A stretch of 64,000 nucleotides of DNA, from positions 64,001 to 128,000 of the IMG/VR virus record IMGVR_UViG_3300028920_000026; one strand, 5' to 3'. The notes below the pieces were generated by a model. It saw only the letters and a program-made list of their open reading frames with translations, was not told the origin of the DNA and ran no database searches. Made by a program: the position numbers and the translations under genes. Shown here piece after piece: positions 26,094 through 35,173 of this stretch. The DNA is from a virus. Positions within the stretch are counted from its first letter, which is position 1, and each line of letters starts with the position of its first letter.

Positions 26094-26362
26094 TCGAGCT
26101 GCTCGTCTTCATCCTTGTTGTGGGAACGATTATCGCATTCGTTGCACGGGGTGGAGCCGCTGGAAGCATCGTCCTGACGCTCATCAGCATCGTCGTCGGC
26201 GTAGTACTTGGAACATGCGCGTTCGTACCATTCGCCCTCGCACTCTACCACGCGGGTTTCGGGCCGGCGTACATGTACATCATCCTGTGGGCGATCATCG
26301 TAGGAATAACGTCCTTGGGAACGTACGTACTCGGCTTGCTTACGATGCCAAGAGACGGTTAG
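26084..26362 (+). CDS. small integral membrane protein
   Basis: 92 aa, three hydrophobic helices. Confidence 0.45.
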   Translation: MAMIELLVFILVVGTIIAFVARGGAAGSIVLTLISIVVGVVLGTCAFVPFALALYHAGFGPAYMYIILWAIIVGITSLGTYVLGLLTMPRDG

Positions 26363-26374
26363 ATATGTTCCAAG

Positions 26375-26629
26375 ATGATCTTGGTTCCAGGAGACGCTGT
26401 CACGCTCATTGAGATGTGGGAGAATCGTCCACTCTATAAGAACATAGGCGACTATGACGACACCGTGGGTCAGATAAACTCTGGCGACCACGGTGTCGTC
26501 ATATGCACTCATGGGTCTAGCAGGCTCATGACGCTGGTTCTAGCGAACAATAGCTACGGTTGGATACCCACGTCCTGGCTCAGGAAAATCCCTCAGCAAG
26601 TGGGCGATGGACAACCAATACACAATTAG
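26375..26629 (+). CDS. hypothetical protein
   Basis: 84-aa ORF. Confidence 0.4.
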   Translation: MILVPGDAVTLIEMWENRPLYKNIGDYDDTVGQINSGDHGVVICTHGSSRLMTLVLANNSYGWIPTSWLRKIPQQVGDGQPIHN

Positions 26630-27142
26630 GACACTCACGTGATGTTCGAGTGTATCCTGCACGCTTCGTCATCATGAGGGTGAACCGGTGTACGTGAAGT
26701 ATAAGTATCCTTACGAAACATGTCACTTAAGATCTACGGACGTGACCAGCATCGCCAACGCAAGGTCTACTCACAGTACAGAAACCCAGTAAACGTACAG
26801 GAGCGAGCACGTAGGGTCTACAGCCACGCGCGCCGCAAGCCAAGATTCCTCATTGCAAAGGTCGTTGATGACGATTGATCAAAGTAGCATGCCTGTCTTT
26901 ACAAGAGGAGGTAGATCAGAGTACCCAGCACTTTGATATGACAGCTTGACGACAACTAACGCAAATGTTGCAAGCATCCGCTATTGGAACGGTACGGCGT
27001 ACACAACATTTGCGTTCACAGAGTTTGTCATCTACAGGAACTACATGAACCGCGAACAAAGGGACCTCATTGAGAGAAGCTGAAAGCAGCGATACCAGTG
27101 ATGGTCGTCGAGCACTGTGAGAACTACTTAGGATGAGGAGGA

Positions 27143-28264
27143 ATGCCCCAAACATACGACAAGCAGCGGTTTCGAAAGACGTACTCGTTCTTTCGTGCCA
27201 GGCCACAGGCGTTGGTCACGAGCGTGTCGGGATCCGGAGGAGATGTGGACATTGACGCTGTGATCTTTGACGACGACGGCGTCAAGGACGTTCAGAACAT
27301 TCGAGCCGACAGGAGCCCGTACCAGTCACCGATCGACAACACGTTGAACGGCATCGTAAACCTCAGTTCTGAACTCGTCGGTGGACCAACTGCTGGTGTC
27401 CGTGCTCACTACGCCGCGTGCGGAGGGGGCGAAGGCAACACGATCCTCGCAGGTTCTGACTATGCGTGCATCCCAGGTGGCCGCAGAAACCAGTGCGGCG
27501 CGAACTATGCGTTTGCCGTCGGAAACCAATGTATCTCAGCAGGAACGGGCTCGTTCTCTGCTGGAAACTCATCCGAGGCGCAGGCGGACTATTCGTTCGC
27601 AGTAGGACAAGGATGCATCGCGAGTTCGAACGGTTCCGTTGCATTGGGCACAACGTGCTCAGCAAACGCGATCTACGCGATTGCGCTTGGACTGAACTCT
27701 ACTGCATCCGGCGCGTATTCTACAGCGATCGGCTGGAACGCTGAAGCTTCAGCTTTATCATCGTTTGCATTCGGTAGGAACGCAAGCTCTTCAGGAAAGG
27801 ATTCATTCGCGTTCGGTAGGTACGCTAACGCTCCAAATATCGGACAGTTCTCATTTTCATCGTTTGTGTTCTCGAACAGTCCAGGGACGGCTCAGCGTAA
27901 CTTCCTGATGCTCGGCAACTCGAGCAACAATGGGTCTATCGTTGCGTTGCAGGACAATGATGGTGGAACATTCACGTTGATCGACGACAAGACATACGAG
28001 ATCCAGGCACGGGTGCTTGCTGGATCGGGTGGTGCCATCGATAAGCGTGCGTCGTGGACTCGTCAGCTTCTCGTCCATACGTCTGGTTCTGTTGTCATCA
28101 TTGACGGCATCAATGAAACGTGGAACAACCCGAACTCGACAGAATGGAGCTTCAATTTCATCGAATCTGGACTAGAACTACAAACGTACTTCACAGGTTC
28201 GGTCGACGACGGCAACGTACGAGCACTCGTCCTGTTTGACGTACTGGAGCTTGAGAACCCATGA
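27143..28264 (+). CDS. fibre-like structural protein with short Gly/Ser/Ala repeats
   Basis: Repeated NYAFAVG / YSFAVG / SFAFG / SFAFG beta-strand-like motifs. Low complexity typical of tail or head fibres. Confidence 0.55.
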   Translation: MPQTYDKQRFRKTYSFFRARPQALVTSVSGSGGDVDIDAVIFDDDGVKDVQNIRADRSPYQSPIDNTLNGIVNLSSELVGGPTAGVRAHYAACGGGEGNTILAGSDYACIPGGRRNQCGANYAFAVGNQCISAGTGSFSAGNSSEAQADYSFAVGQGCIASSNGSVALGTTCSANAIYAIALGLNSTASGAYSTAIGWNAEASALSSFAFGRNASSSGKDSFAFGRYANAPNIGQFSFSSFVFSNSPGTAQRNFLMLGNSSNNGSIVALQDNDGGTFTLIDDKTYEIQARVLAGSGGAIDKRASWTRQLLVHTSGSVVIIDGINETWNNPNSTEWSFNFIESGLELQTYFTGSVDDGNVRALVLFDVLELENP

Positions 28265-29082
28265 TCAACTTTGTGACAGTCGTACTCTCAGGCAGCAGGT
28301 CCGATGATATTCCGTCGGGCTATGTTCCAGTCTCGGGACCGAGTGGAACGTTCTTCGTCCAGGCGCTCACTGATTCTATCAGCGATACGTTGATTCCGTT
28401 CCTGACGGGTGCAACGTTTTCCGGTGCCATCACAGCGTCCGTGCTGCTCGGGCCAGGAACGACTGGACAGTTCACGGGAAGCATTGACAGCGCTATCAGC
28501 GCATCGTATGCCGATTTTGCGACATCAGCATCGTACGCTGATGTCGCCTTGACGGCATCAATTGCGATCGATACCGAGCTTCTACTCGATACATCACCAT
28601 TCGTGTTGTTTACGGGTTCACAGCGGCTCTCATCTTCAAGTGTCCTTCAGTCATCTGATGGGACGATCAATGTCGATGCCTCTGTTCCCGGAGAGGTAAA
28701 CCTCTCTGTGACAACACCTTTCTTTATTCCGTTGTTCAATGGTTTTACGTCACTGACGGATGTAGATGTAACATCATCGATATTTGGAGGCGGATACATT
28801 GATACGACGGAATTCGCAGGATTCGTCTCAGGTACGTTTGACGTACTGATAAATCCGCTGACGAGCTCACTAACGGGTGTGTTCCAACTCTACGATGAAG
28901 CGGTTACAGGTAGCCTTGCTGTGCTTACAGCATCGTCAGATGTTACAGGAACGTTCCAGCTATTCTCTACATCAGTTGTCGTACCGACAGGTTCAAGAGC
29001 GTACTCGGTGTTTGCAAGGGTGGAAGATTTTGGTTCTGGGAGCCTTCAAATCTCGATGTCAAGGGTTAAATTGACATCGTGA
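28261..29082 (+). CDS. fibre-like structural protein
   Basis: Ser/Thr/Gly-rich 273-aa ORF. ATGA overlap with upstream gene. Confidence 0.5.
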   Translation: MINFVTVVLSGSRSDDIPSGYVPVSGPSGTFFVQALTDSISDTLIPFLTGATFSGAITASVLLGPGTTGQFTGSIDSAISASYADFATSASYADVALTASIAIDTELLLDTSPFVLFTGSQRLSSSSVLQSSDGTINVDASVPGEVNLSVTTPFFIPLFNGFTSLTDVDVTSSIFGGGYIDTTEFAGFVSGTFDVLINPLTSSLTGVFQLYDEAVTGSLAVLTASSDVTGTFQLFSTSVVVPTGSRAYSVFARVEDFGSGSLQISMSRVKLTS

Positions 29083-29651
29083 GCGATGAACTGACGTTGA
29101 GGAGACACTTGGCCTCTGCACTATCGAGCGACGATGATCGTTCGAAGCTTCGTGCAGGAGAGCTTCATGCGCTTCTTGGTGAATTCACAGACGCATATAA
29201 GATGTTCACACAGGCAACGCAGTCAAAGATCGAAGAGGTCAGGTGGGTGGCGTTGGTGAAGTTGGCAACGGCGATGAAGTTCATTGGTTGTTTCTCTCTT
29301 GAAAAGATGCTTGAGCCTCTCATGGATGCGTACGAGCTACGTCCACGGTTTGCAGATCCCCTCATCGTCGCGTCACAGTTCTGTAGAGAGGCAGGAAAGG
29401 TTCATACCGCGTTGCTGTTCTCGACTACGGCGATCGGTATCCCGATGCCAGACGATACGCGAGATCCTGATGTCTATGCGTGGAAGACGGTCTACGAATA
29501 CGCTCTGTGTGCAGCGCAGGTCCCTATATACTACGAGAACGCGCTGGGTGCGTTCAATGAGATACTTTCTCGTAACGACATCCGCCTCCCAGACGCTGTA
29601 CGAGCATCGTGCGTTGCCGAGCGACAGAAGCTTTTGGAGGATTTACCATGA
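29079..29651 (+). CDS. hypothetical protein
   Basis: 190-aa ORF, overlapping start and stop. Confidence 0.5.
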   Translation: MSDELTLRRHLASALSSDDDRSKLRAGELHALLGEFTDAYKMFTQATQSKIEEVRWVALVKLATAMKFIGCFSLEKMLEPLMDAYELRPRFADPLIVASQFCREAGKVHTALLFSTTAIGIPMPDDTRDPDVYAWKTVYEYALCAAQVPIYYENALGAFNEILSRNDIRLPDAVRASCVAERQKLLEDLP

Positions 29652-30442
29652 AGAACGTTGTTGAACGTGTTAAGAACGGTGAAGCGTTGTGGTCGTGGCG
29701 AAAGATCACGATCAAACCACACAACCCACCTGACGAGCTCGAGAGCGCTGTGCTCGAGGTGAACGTTATGCGCGATGCGATGCGTCTCAAGAATGACAAA
29801 GGGCAGTGGATCAGGTTTCCTGTCACCGCGATCGAACAACAGCAGATCGCTGATGTTGTTGGTGGAATCTTTCATACAGAACGTACACAGGACGAACGGC
29901 ACTTGGCTGCAACTGCGCTGTTTGATCCGATCATTCAGGTTCCACCAGGCAGCGGTAGGATCGTCGCAACATCACACGAGGATGACTACAACAGGTATGT
30001 AGACCAAGCGATCGAGAAGACAGGAGACGATGGTATCGTGAGCTCTGTAGGCAAGCCTTGGACGCTTACAAACAACATGGTAAAGCAGCAACGTCATGGG
30101 CTTCAGACAGCGTACAACTACGGATGGCACTCACACAGTGCCATTTATACGGGTCCGGGTGGAATGCGCGTTTGGCAACCTGTGATCAATCCGATGTCAA
30201 AATACATCCATAACAACGTACACAAGGATCCATCACAGGTGTGCGAATTCCTGTCGCGCAGTGCAACAATCATTGATGGTCAGGGGTCACAGACGTTTGT
30301 TGATCTTATAGACGTCTATCAACACGACATTTGGTGCCACTTTGTAACGTACGACGGTAAGTCTCTGAAGCACGTTCGACAGCCTGCTGTACCTGAAATC
30401 AAAGGTACGATCGTACTTCCACCAATCGAGATAACGTCCTAA
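29648..30442 (+). CDS. hypothetical protein
   Basis: ATG at 29648 (ATGA overlap). 264 aa. Confidence 0.5.
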   Translation: MKNVVERVKNGEALWSWRKITIKPHNPPDELESAVLEVNVMRDAMRLKNDKGQWIRFPVTAIEQQQIADVVGGIFHTERTQDERHLAATALFDPIIQVPPGSGRIVATSHEDDYNRYVDQAIEKTGDDGIVSSVGKPWTLTNNMVKQQRHGLQTAYNYGWHSHSAIYTGPGGMRVWQPVINPMSKYIHNNVHKDPSQVCEFLSRSATIIDGQGSQTFVDLIDVYQHDIWCHFVTYDGKSLKHVRQPAVPEIKGTIVLPPIEITS

Positions 30443-30450
30443 GAAAAAGT

Positions 30451-30486
30451 TGTGTACAAGGGTACTTGAGTGTGATACTGTATGAT
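30451..30486 (+). promoter_or_regulatory. second copy of the conserved promoter-like element (extended -10 TGTATGAT)
   Basis: TGTGTACAAGGGTACTTGAGTGTGATACTGTATGAT. Paralogous to 14786-14821. Confidence 0.45.
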
Positions 30487-30680
30487 CGTGACCGCAGTTG
30501 GCGGTTTGGACGGTTTCATCAATGCTACGTCTCACCACATCAACAGGACCGACATCGAGTGTAAGAACCTCGATAAGGCTCGGTTTGTGTGTGGTCATGC
30601 CGTCCGTCAGTCCATCGACGCTCCCCCATACGGGGACGTTTAAAAGCTGACATAGGCCCCATATTTCGGGCTAGAAAAGA

Positions 30681-30735
30681 CAGGGCGTAGCGTAAATTGG
30701 GGACGTGTCTGTAGGTTCGATTCCTGCCGCCTTGG
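30681..30735 (+). tRNA. anticodon-arm-less tRNA-like minihelix (~55 nt)
   Basis: Acceptor CAGGGCG/CGCCTTG (7 bp), TA, D-arm GCGT-AAATTGGGG-ACGT, then directly T-arm GTAGG-TTCGATT-CCTGC. No anticodon stem-loop. Confidence 0.35.
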
Positions 30736-30749
30736 CTGATAAAGGAAGA

Positions 30750-30770
30750 AAATTCCTTTGTTCCTTGACA
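30750..30770 (+). promoter_or_regulatory. conserved TTTGTTCCTTGACAAC motif upstream of tRNA array 2
   Basis: Identical 16-mer to 15089-15104. tRNA-Pro starts 14 nt downstream. Confidence 0.4.
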
Positions 30771-30784
30771 ACCTACATTCTCTT

Positions 30785-30858
30785 CGGGGCGTAGCTCAGT
30801 CTGGTAGAGCACGTGCTTTGGGAGCACGGAGTCGCACGTTCGATTCGTGTCGCCCCGA
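30785..30858 (+). tRNA. tRNA-Pro (TGG)
   Basis: Acceptor CGGGGCG/CGCCCCG, D-arm GCTCAGTCTGGTAGAGC, anticodon stem CGTGC/GCACG loop TTTGGGA, T-arm GCACGTTCGATTCGTGT. Confidence 0.7.
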
Positions 30859-31022
30859 CATAAGCCTATGTTTTGAGCATTTTTCTGTACCAACAGATTG
30901 TTGAATCCTATTCACTGCACCATCGAGAATCTACTCATGCCTACCCTGTCATGTCACTCCGATCAAGGCGCAATAGTGATGCGCTTTCCAATTCTGCCGA
31001 TGGCTCATGACTCGTTTTCGGC

Positions 31023-31268
31023 GTGAATAAGGAGAGTTTTGACTTGTCGGCCAGCCAAACTGCAGTGCGTATTTTGAACAGTCTGTCTGGGGTCTTCGTT
31101 GACAAGGTTTTACAGGCTGAAGATGCACACCAGGTGTTCGTTCGTGCTCGATTCGAGCCCACCAGCCTGCGCAGAATCCAAGCGAGGTTTCAAGCAGAGT
31201 TGGGACTCAACGACGCGCACGTGGTGCGCGTGCCCCCAACGCTTCAAAGGAATCCTCGCCTGATTTGA
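31023..31268 (+). CDS. hypothetical small protein
   Basis: 81-aa ORF between tRNA genes. Weak. Confidence 0.3.
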   Translation: MNKESFDLSASQTAVRILNSLSGVFVDKVLQAEDAHQVFVRARFEPTSLRRIQARFQAELGLNDAHVVRVPPTLQRNPRLI

Positions 31269-31330
31269 TGTGATGATATGGTATCGGTGGGCCTGTAGAG
31301 CATCAGCACTGTTCCGGGACGCACACACAT

Positions 31331-31403
31331 TAGGGTGTAATGTCAGCGGCAGACGGCCTCCCTTGGAAGGAGGAGGACGTGGGTTCGAGTCCCACCTCCC
31401 TGA
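31331..31403 (+). tRNA. tRNA-Pro (TGG)-like, imperfect acceptor
   Basis: Anticodon stem CCTCC/GGAGG loop CTTGGAA, D-stem TGTC/GACG, T-arm GTGGGTTCGAGTCCCAC. Acceptor TAGGGTG/CTCCCTG has a mismatch. Confidence 0.5.
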
Positions 31404-31405
31404 CG

Positions 31406-31942
31406 ATGTTGAATGATCTAAAATGGGTACGAGTCATTGAACCACACAGGACGATCGCAAGGCAGTTTGCGCACATGCAGGGTCTTTCGATGAAACATCA
31501 CGGAAAGGACTATGACGATTGGAGGAACGTTCAGGGTATGCTCGGTGAGGTCGTCCTTGCACAGATGCTCGGTTGTCTAAAGACGTGGCGCGAACACAAG
31601 GTTGAAACGCTCGCTTTGGACGCAGCATGGGACGGTGGGTACGACATGGCCTTCAACAATGTTCGTATCGATTGTAAGACGATCGCGTTCAGAAACCCGA
31701 ACAAGGTCGCCGACCTTCACCTTTACAGGGGCGACCACGAAGGCTGCGATGTGTATGCAGCGATGCTGATCAACGAGGCTGAACTCATGAGAGAGAAGGA
31801 CCTCCATAGCATCGATTGGATCGACAAGGTCTGGTGTGCAGGGTGGATAAACAGAAACTCGTTCACACAGCGTCACATGGGAAGGCTGCGTTTTCCATTT
31901 AAGGGTCTTCAACGCATAGATGAAATGGTTTTGTCGCGGTAG
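31406..31942 (+). CDS. hypothetical protein
   Basis: ATG right after the tRNA. 178 aa. Stop overlaps the tRNA-Phe 5' end. Confidence 0.5.
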   Translation: MLNDLKWVRVIEPHRTIARQFAHMQGLSMKHHGKDYDDWRNVQGMLGEVVLAQMLGCLKTWREHKVETLALDAAWDGGYDMAFNNVRIDCKTIAFRNPNKVADLHLYRGDHEGCDVYAAMLINEAELMREKDLHSIDWIDKVWCAGWINRNSFTQRHMGRLRFPFKGLQRIDEMVLSR

Positions 31943-32005
31943 CTCAGTTGGTAGAGCGCCTGCCTGAAGAGCAGGGCGTCGGGGGTTCGAACCCCTCCCG
32001 CGGCA
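31933..32005 (+). tRNA. tRNA-Phe (GAA)
   Basis: Acceptor GTCGCGG/CCGCGGC, D-arm GCTCAGTTGGTAGAGC, anticodon stem CCTGC/GCAGG loop CTGAAGA, T-arm GGGGGTTCGAACCCCTC. Confidence 0.7.
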
Positions 32006-32028
32006 CAGAATGGATACTTATCGTCAGA

Positions 32029-32562
32029 ATGGCAAAGAAGGACGACAAGGAGGTTGTGCCTGTCAACTTGATCAGCCCAAGCGAATCGAACTGGCCAAAA
32101 AAGAGCGTGACAAGTGCAAGCGACTGGCTGAAGAACTGGGCTGGGTTGCTGACTGCCGTCGCCGCGCTGCTGGCATCAGGCGGAACATACCTGCGTCCTT
32201 CGGAGGATCCAAAGTACAAGGAGTCGTATGAAGTTCTAAAGGAAAGGTACGACGATCAAGTCGAGGATATCGAAAGGCTCGAATCAAACGTCAAGTACCT
32301 CTATAGGCTTCGAGAGGAAGAGGACAGGACAAGACGAGTTGCGGCTACGCTTGAAACGTCAGCGTATGAGATCGAGGACAACATCCTCCGGCGGGAGCTC
32401 GAAACAAGGTACGGTAAGAAGTTCGCTGATGAGTACATGGACAAACGAGCAAAGAATAGGCGAGAGATCAGACAGGAATATGTAGGGAAGCTCAATAGGA
32501 AGCCACCGAGGGTACATGACACAATAGGCAAGAAGCTTCCACCCTATGGGCAGAAGGAATGA
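32029..32562 (+). CDS. membrane-anchored coiled-coil protein
   Basis: ATG 32029. TM segment WAGLLTAVAALLASGG followed by charged helical region. Confidence 0.5.
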   Translation: MAKKDDKEVVPVNLISPSESNWPKKSVTSASDWLKNWAGLLTAVAALLASGGTYLRPSEDPKYKESYEVLKERYDDQVEDIERLESNVKYLYRLREEEDRTRRVAATLETSAYEIEDNILRRELETRYGKKFADEYMDKRAKNRREIRQEYVGKLNRKPPRVHDTIGKKLPPYGQKE

Positions 32563-32631
32563 CGACGTGGCCGAGAGGCAAGGCACCTGGCTGCAACCCA
32601 GGCAACGCTGGTTCGAATCCGGCCGTCGTCT
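32561..32631 (+). tRNA. tRNA-Cys (GCA)
   Basis: Acceptor GACGACG/CGTCGTC, anticodon stem CCTGG/CCAGG loop CTGCAAC, T-arm GCTGGTTCGAATCCGGC. Confidence 0.65.
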
Positions 32632-32657
32632 CCGCGTAAATTAGTATTGAACTGAAT

Positions 32658-32692
32658 CCGGATGGGTTCGAGTAAGAAAGATGAAGTGGTGC
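32658..32692 (+). repeat. imperfect direct repeat copy A (GGATGGGTTCGAGTAAGAAAGATGAAGTGGTG)
   Basis: Matches 32951-32984 (GGATGGATCCGTGAAAGAAAAATGAAGTGGTG). The pair brackets a ~290-bp tRNA-containing segment. Confidence 0.6.
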
Positions 32693-32719
32693 CGAGTAAG
32701 GGCTATTGGTCCCGCGACG

Positions 32720-32808
32720 GGAAGCATAACCTATCCTTGGCGGAATTGGCATACGCGGACTGTCTAAAACAGTTTGCCTGAAAGGGCGTGCGGGTTCGAG
32801 TCTCGCAG
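32720..32808 (+). tRNA. tRNA-like element with long variable region (class II-like), boundaries unresolved
   Basis: Clear T-arm GCGGG-TTCGAGT-CTCGC, stem-loop ACTGT-CTAAAAC-ACAGT, GCC-TGAAA-GGC extra arm. No convincing 5' acceptor partner for AGGACTG. Confidence 0.3.
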
Positions 32809-32830
32809 GACTGAAGGTGAAAGGTACGTC

Positions 32831-32902
32831 GCTGGTGTGGTGATAATGGCAGCACGGTTCCCTGGTAAGGAACAAGCATGAGTTCGATTCTCGTCTCCAG
32901 CT
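32831..32902 (+). tRNA. tRNA-Thr (GGT)
   Basis: Acceptor GCTGGTG/CTCCAGC (one mismatch), anticodon stem GTTCC/GGAAC loop CTGGTAA, T-arm ATGAGTTCGATTCTCGT. Confidence 0.6.
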
Positions 32903-32950
32903 CGCGTAAGTTTTATCGAACTACATAATGATGTATGTTTAATGCAATTC

Positions 32951-32984
32951 GGATGGATCCGTGAAAGAAAAATGAAGTGGTGAA
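32951..32984 (+). repeat. imperfect direct repeat copy B
   Basis: See 32658-32692. Lies immediately upstream of the 32988 CDS start and contains its RBS-like AAGAAA. Confidence 0.6.
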
Positions 32985-32987
32985 AAC

Positions 32988-33749
32988 ATGATATTTAGAA
33001 ATATCATGACGCCTAAAGAGAAGGCAGAACACTTCCATGCGCTCAACAAGGACGGAAAGTGGAAGCCACGGGATCTCAAGAAGTTCGACGTCAAGAAACG
33101 TAACATCGAAGGACTCGGTGAGAGGTACTACGCGATCCCGGAGTCTCGAGAGGCGTACGAACGCCTGCAGTCGAGCAGAGGTATTGGTATCGCAAGCTGG
33201 GATGACATGGTCAAAAAGGTGAAGGGCCATGGGCTATCGCCGTTCCAGAAACAGCTCGTCCAGCAGGTAAACGGATACGCAAAGACGCACCCTGTCTATG
33301 ACAATGAGAAGGGATACGTTGAGGTTGGGTTCAGGTACCCTGCGATGATGGAACACTTCAAGAAGAAGTTCAAGTTTGTCAGAGGGTACGATATCGCTCC
33401 ACCTTCGATCGCAGTCGCTCAGCACCTTGGCTACGACGTCCACTTACACGACATCAGTGATGTAGGTGACCCAATCGACCTTAAGGACGTCAGGCTTCTC
33501 TGTGCACACGAGGTGTTTGAGCATACACCAAACCCCATTGACGCACTAACAAAGGTCTACAATGCTGCCGACGATGGAATGTTCATCCACCTCAGCGTTC
33601 CACTGCAGTCAGGTCGTCCGAAGATCCAGTTCGCTCACCTGTGGGAGTTCAAGAAGGGCGACATCGAAAAGATTCTTAAAAGAGTCGGTTGGAACGTTAT
33701 CAAGGTCAAGAAGGTGAATCACTCAGAGGTTGCCTTCGCAAAGAAGTGA
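32988..33749 (+). CDS. putative class I SAM-dependent methyltransferase
   Basis: YVEVGFRYP (motif I-like), DIAPPS, LLCAHEVFEHTPNP (motif resembling the FDxVxxxxVLEH block of Methyltransf_11/12). Confidence 0.5.
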   Translation: MIFRNIMTPKEKAEHFHALNKDGKWKPRDLKKFDVKKRNIEGLGERYYAIPESREAYERLQSSRGIGIASWDDMVKKVKGHGLSPFQKQLVQQVNGYAKTHPVYDNEKGYVEVGFRYPAMMEHFKKKFKFVRGYDIAPPSIAVAQHLGYDVHLHDISDVGDPIDLKDVRLLCAHEVFEHTPNPIDALTKVYNAADDGMFIHLSVPLQSGRPKIQFAHLWEFKKGDIEKILKRVGWNVIKVKKVNHSEVAFAKK

Positions 33750-34224
33750 GTGTAAAATGACAGATGATGATGACATCAAGGCTGCGCAGTTGAGGAACGC
33801 TCGCATCAAGGAATGGAGCGTCATTATCGGAATCGTTGCGTCAATCGTCCTCGGCGGGTTTTCCTATTTCAAGGAAGAGAAGGAAGACACGGCAAAGAAG
33901 GCGTACATTGAGGTCACAAAGCAGCTTGAAACAGCATCGCGAGAACGTGTGCAGCTCCAAAAAGACCTTGCATCGATCAGAGGATACCTTGCTGCGAAGT
34001 CTGAACGTCCTGTCAAGCTGCGCATCGATCCAGAGGACACAGAGAGCGCAGTGACGCAGCTCGCTGACGCAGCACGGCCAAGGGTAACGTACAGAAATGC
34101 GCCGTCTCCAGCCCCGACGATTGAAGTTGCCGCAAGCCCAGCGGAACCCGAAGAGATCCCAGAGCTCGAAGCGGCCGCAGAAGAATATTCGGCACCTCCC
34201 GTTGAGGAACTTGTTGCTGAATAA
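33730..34224 (+). CDS. membrane protein with Pro/Glu/Ala-rich C-terminal tail
   Basis: TM helix WSVIIGIVASIVLGGF then coiled region and PAPTIEVAASPAEPEEIPELE tail. Confidence 0.45.
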   Translation: MPSQRSECKMTDDDDIKAAQLRNARIKEWSVIIGIVASIVLGGFSYFKEEKEDTAKKAYIEVTKQLETASRERVQLQKDLASIRGYLAAKSERPVKLRIDPEDTESAVTQLADAARPRVTYRNAPSPAPTIEVAASPAEPEEIPELEAAAEEYSAPPVEELVAE

Positions 34225-34244
34225 GCGCAAGAGAAGTAACCTAC

Positions 34245-34316
34245 GACGCAGTAGCTCAGTTGGTAGAGCGCCGCCATGGTAGGCGGAGGTCGTCGGATCG
34301 AAGCCGACCTGCAGAA
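34245..34316 (+). tRNA. atypical tRNA-like gene (6-nt anticodon loop, A54 in T-loop)
   Basis: D-arm GCTCAGTTGGTAGAGC canonical. Stem CCGCC/GGCGG encloses ATGGTA (6 nt). T-arm GTCGG-ATCGAAG-CCGAC. Acceptor only ~4 bp. Confidence 0.3.
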
Positions 34317-34334
34317 GGTGAAACACTTGGGCGC

Positions 34335-34407
34335 GCTGGGTTAGTTTAACTGGTTAGAATCACTGCCTCGTAAGCAGTAGGTCCGGGTTCGACCCCCGGT
34401 CCCAGCT
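34335..34407 (+). tRNA. tRNA-Thr (CGT), CCA encoded
   Basis: Acceptor GCTGGGT/TCCCAGC, anticodon stem ACTGC/GCAGT loop CTCGTAA, T-arm CCGGGTTCGACCCCCGG, then TCCA. Confidence 0.65.
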
Positions 34408-34411
34408 CCAC

Positions 34412-34484
34412 GCCTCTATAGTTCAACGGCATAGAATAATCGGTTTGTACCCGATTGATTCCGGTTCGAATCCGGGTGGAGGCT
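34412..34484 (+). tRNA. tRNA-Thr (TGT)
   Basis: Acceptor GCCTCTA/TGGAGGC, anticodon stem ATCGG/CCGAT loop TTTGTAC, T-arm TCCGGTTCGAATCCGGG. Confidence 0.65.
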
Positions 34485-34512
34485 CAATTGAACTTGCATT
34501 ATACTTATTGAT

Positions 34513-35100
34513 GTGGCAAGTTCAAAACATCGAAATCAGTGGACGACCAAAGATTGGGATTCTATTGAGTTTAATGAACTTTCGTGGAGAAAAAAACGAG
34601 AACGTCTTTTTCGTGTAGCTAATTACGCATGTCCAATTTGCGGGTTTAACAAACGTAGACATGATGGTCGTCATGTTTTAGAAATTGATCATATCGATGG
34701 AGATCATTCAAACAATACAGAAGAAAATTTGCGTGTACTTTGTCCAAATTGTCATGCACTTACGCCAAATTTTCGAAATTGGGGAAGAACAAATAAGAAA
34801 ACATCAAATCGTCTTCGGCGAGAAAATAAGGGATTTGATGAAGTGCGTAAACGTAGAATTGTCGAAGAAAATGCATATGTTGAAATGTTCAAATTGACAG
34901 TTTTATCTGCACATGAAAGTGGAGAAATTAATTTTGCACGCTTTGGATGGGTACAACAATTAAGCGAAAAACTTGGAGATAGGTGCCCGCAAGCGGTCAG
35001 CAGAAGAGTGCAACGATTACTTCCACAATTTTATGTTGAACATTGCTTCATAAGAGGTAAAAAACGCCTACGACGCGAGAATAAAGATTTTAGCAAGTAA
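34513..35100 (+). CDS. HNH homing-type endonuclease
   Basis: CPICG ... HVLEIDHIDGDHSNNTEENLRVLCPNCHA HNH/zinc motif. Markedly AT-rich island embedded between tRNA genes. GTG start. Confidence 0.8.
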   Translation: MASSKHRNQWTTKDWDSIEFNELSWRKKRERLFRVANYACPICGFNKRRHDGRHVLEIDHIDGDHSNNTEENLRVLCPNCHALTPNFRNWGRTNKKTSNRLRRENKGFDEVRKRRIVEENAYVEMFKLTVLSAHESGEINFARFGWVQQLSEKLGDRCPQAVSRRVQRLLPQFYVEHCFIRGKKRLRRENKDFSK

Positions 35101-35101
35101 C

Positions 35102-35173
35102 CTTGAGGTGTTGTAAGTGGTAGCATTATTTGCGTCCAACTTGCGGTAATGGGTTCGAGTCCCATCCCAGGAG
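35102..35173 (+). tRNA. tRNA-like element (T-arm ATGGG-TTCGAGT-CCCAT), anticodon unresolved
   Basis: AGTGGTAG D-loop-like segment and canonical T-arm. No convincing acceptor or anticodon stem. Confidence 0.25.
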
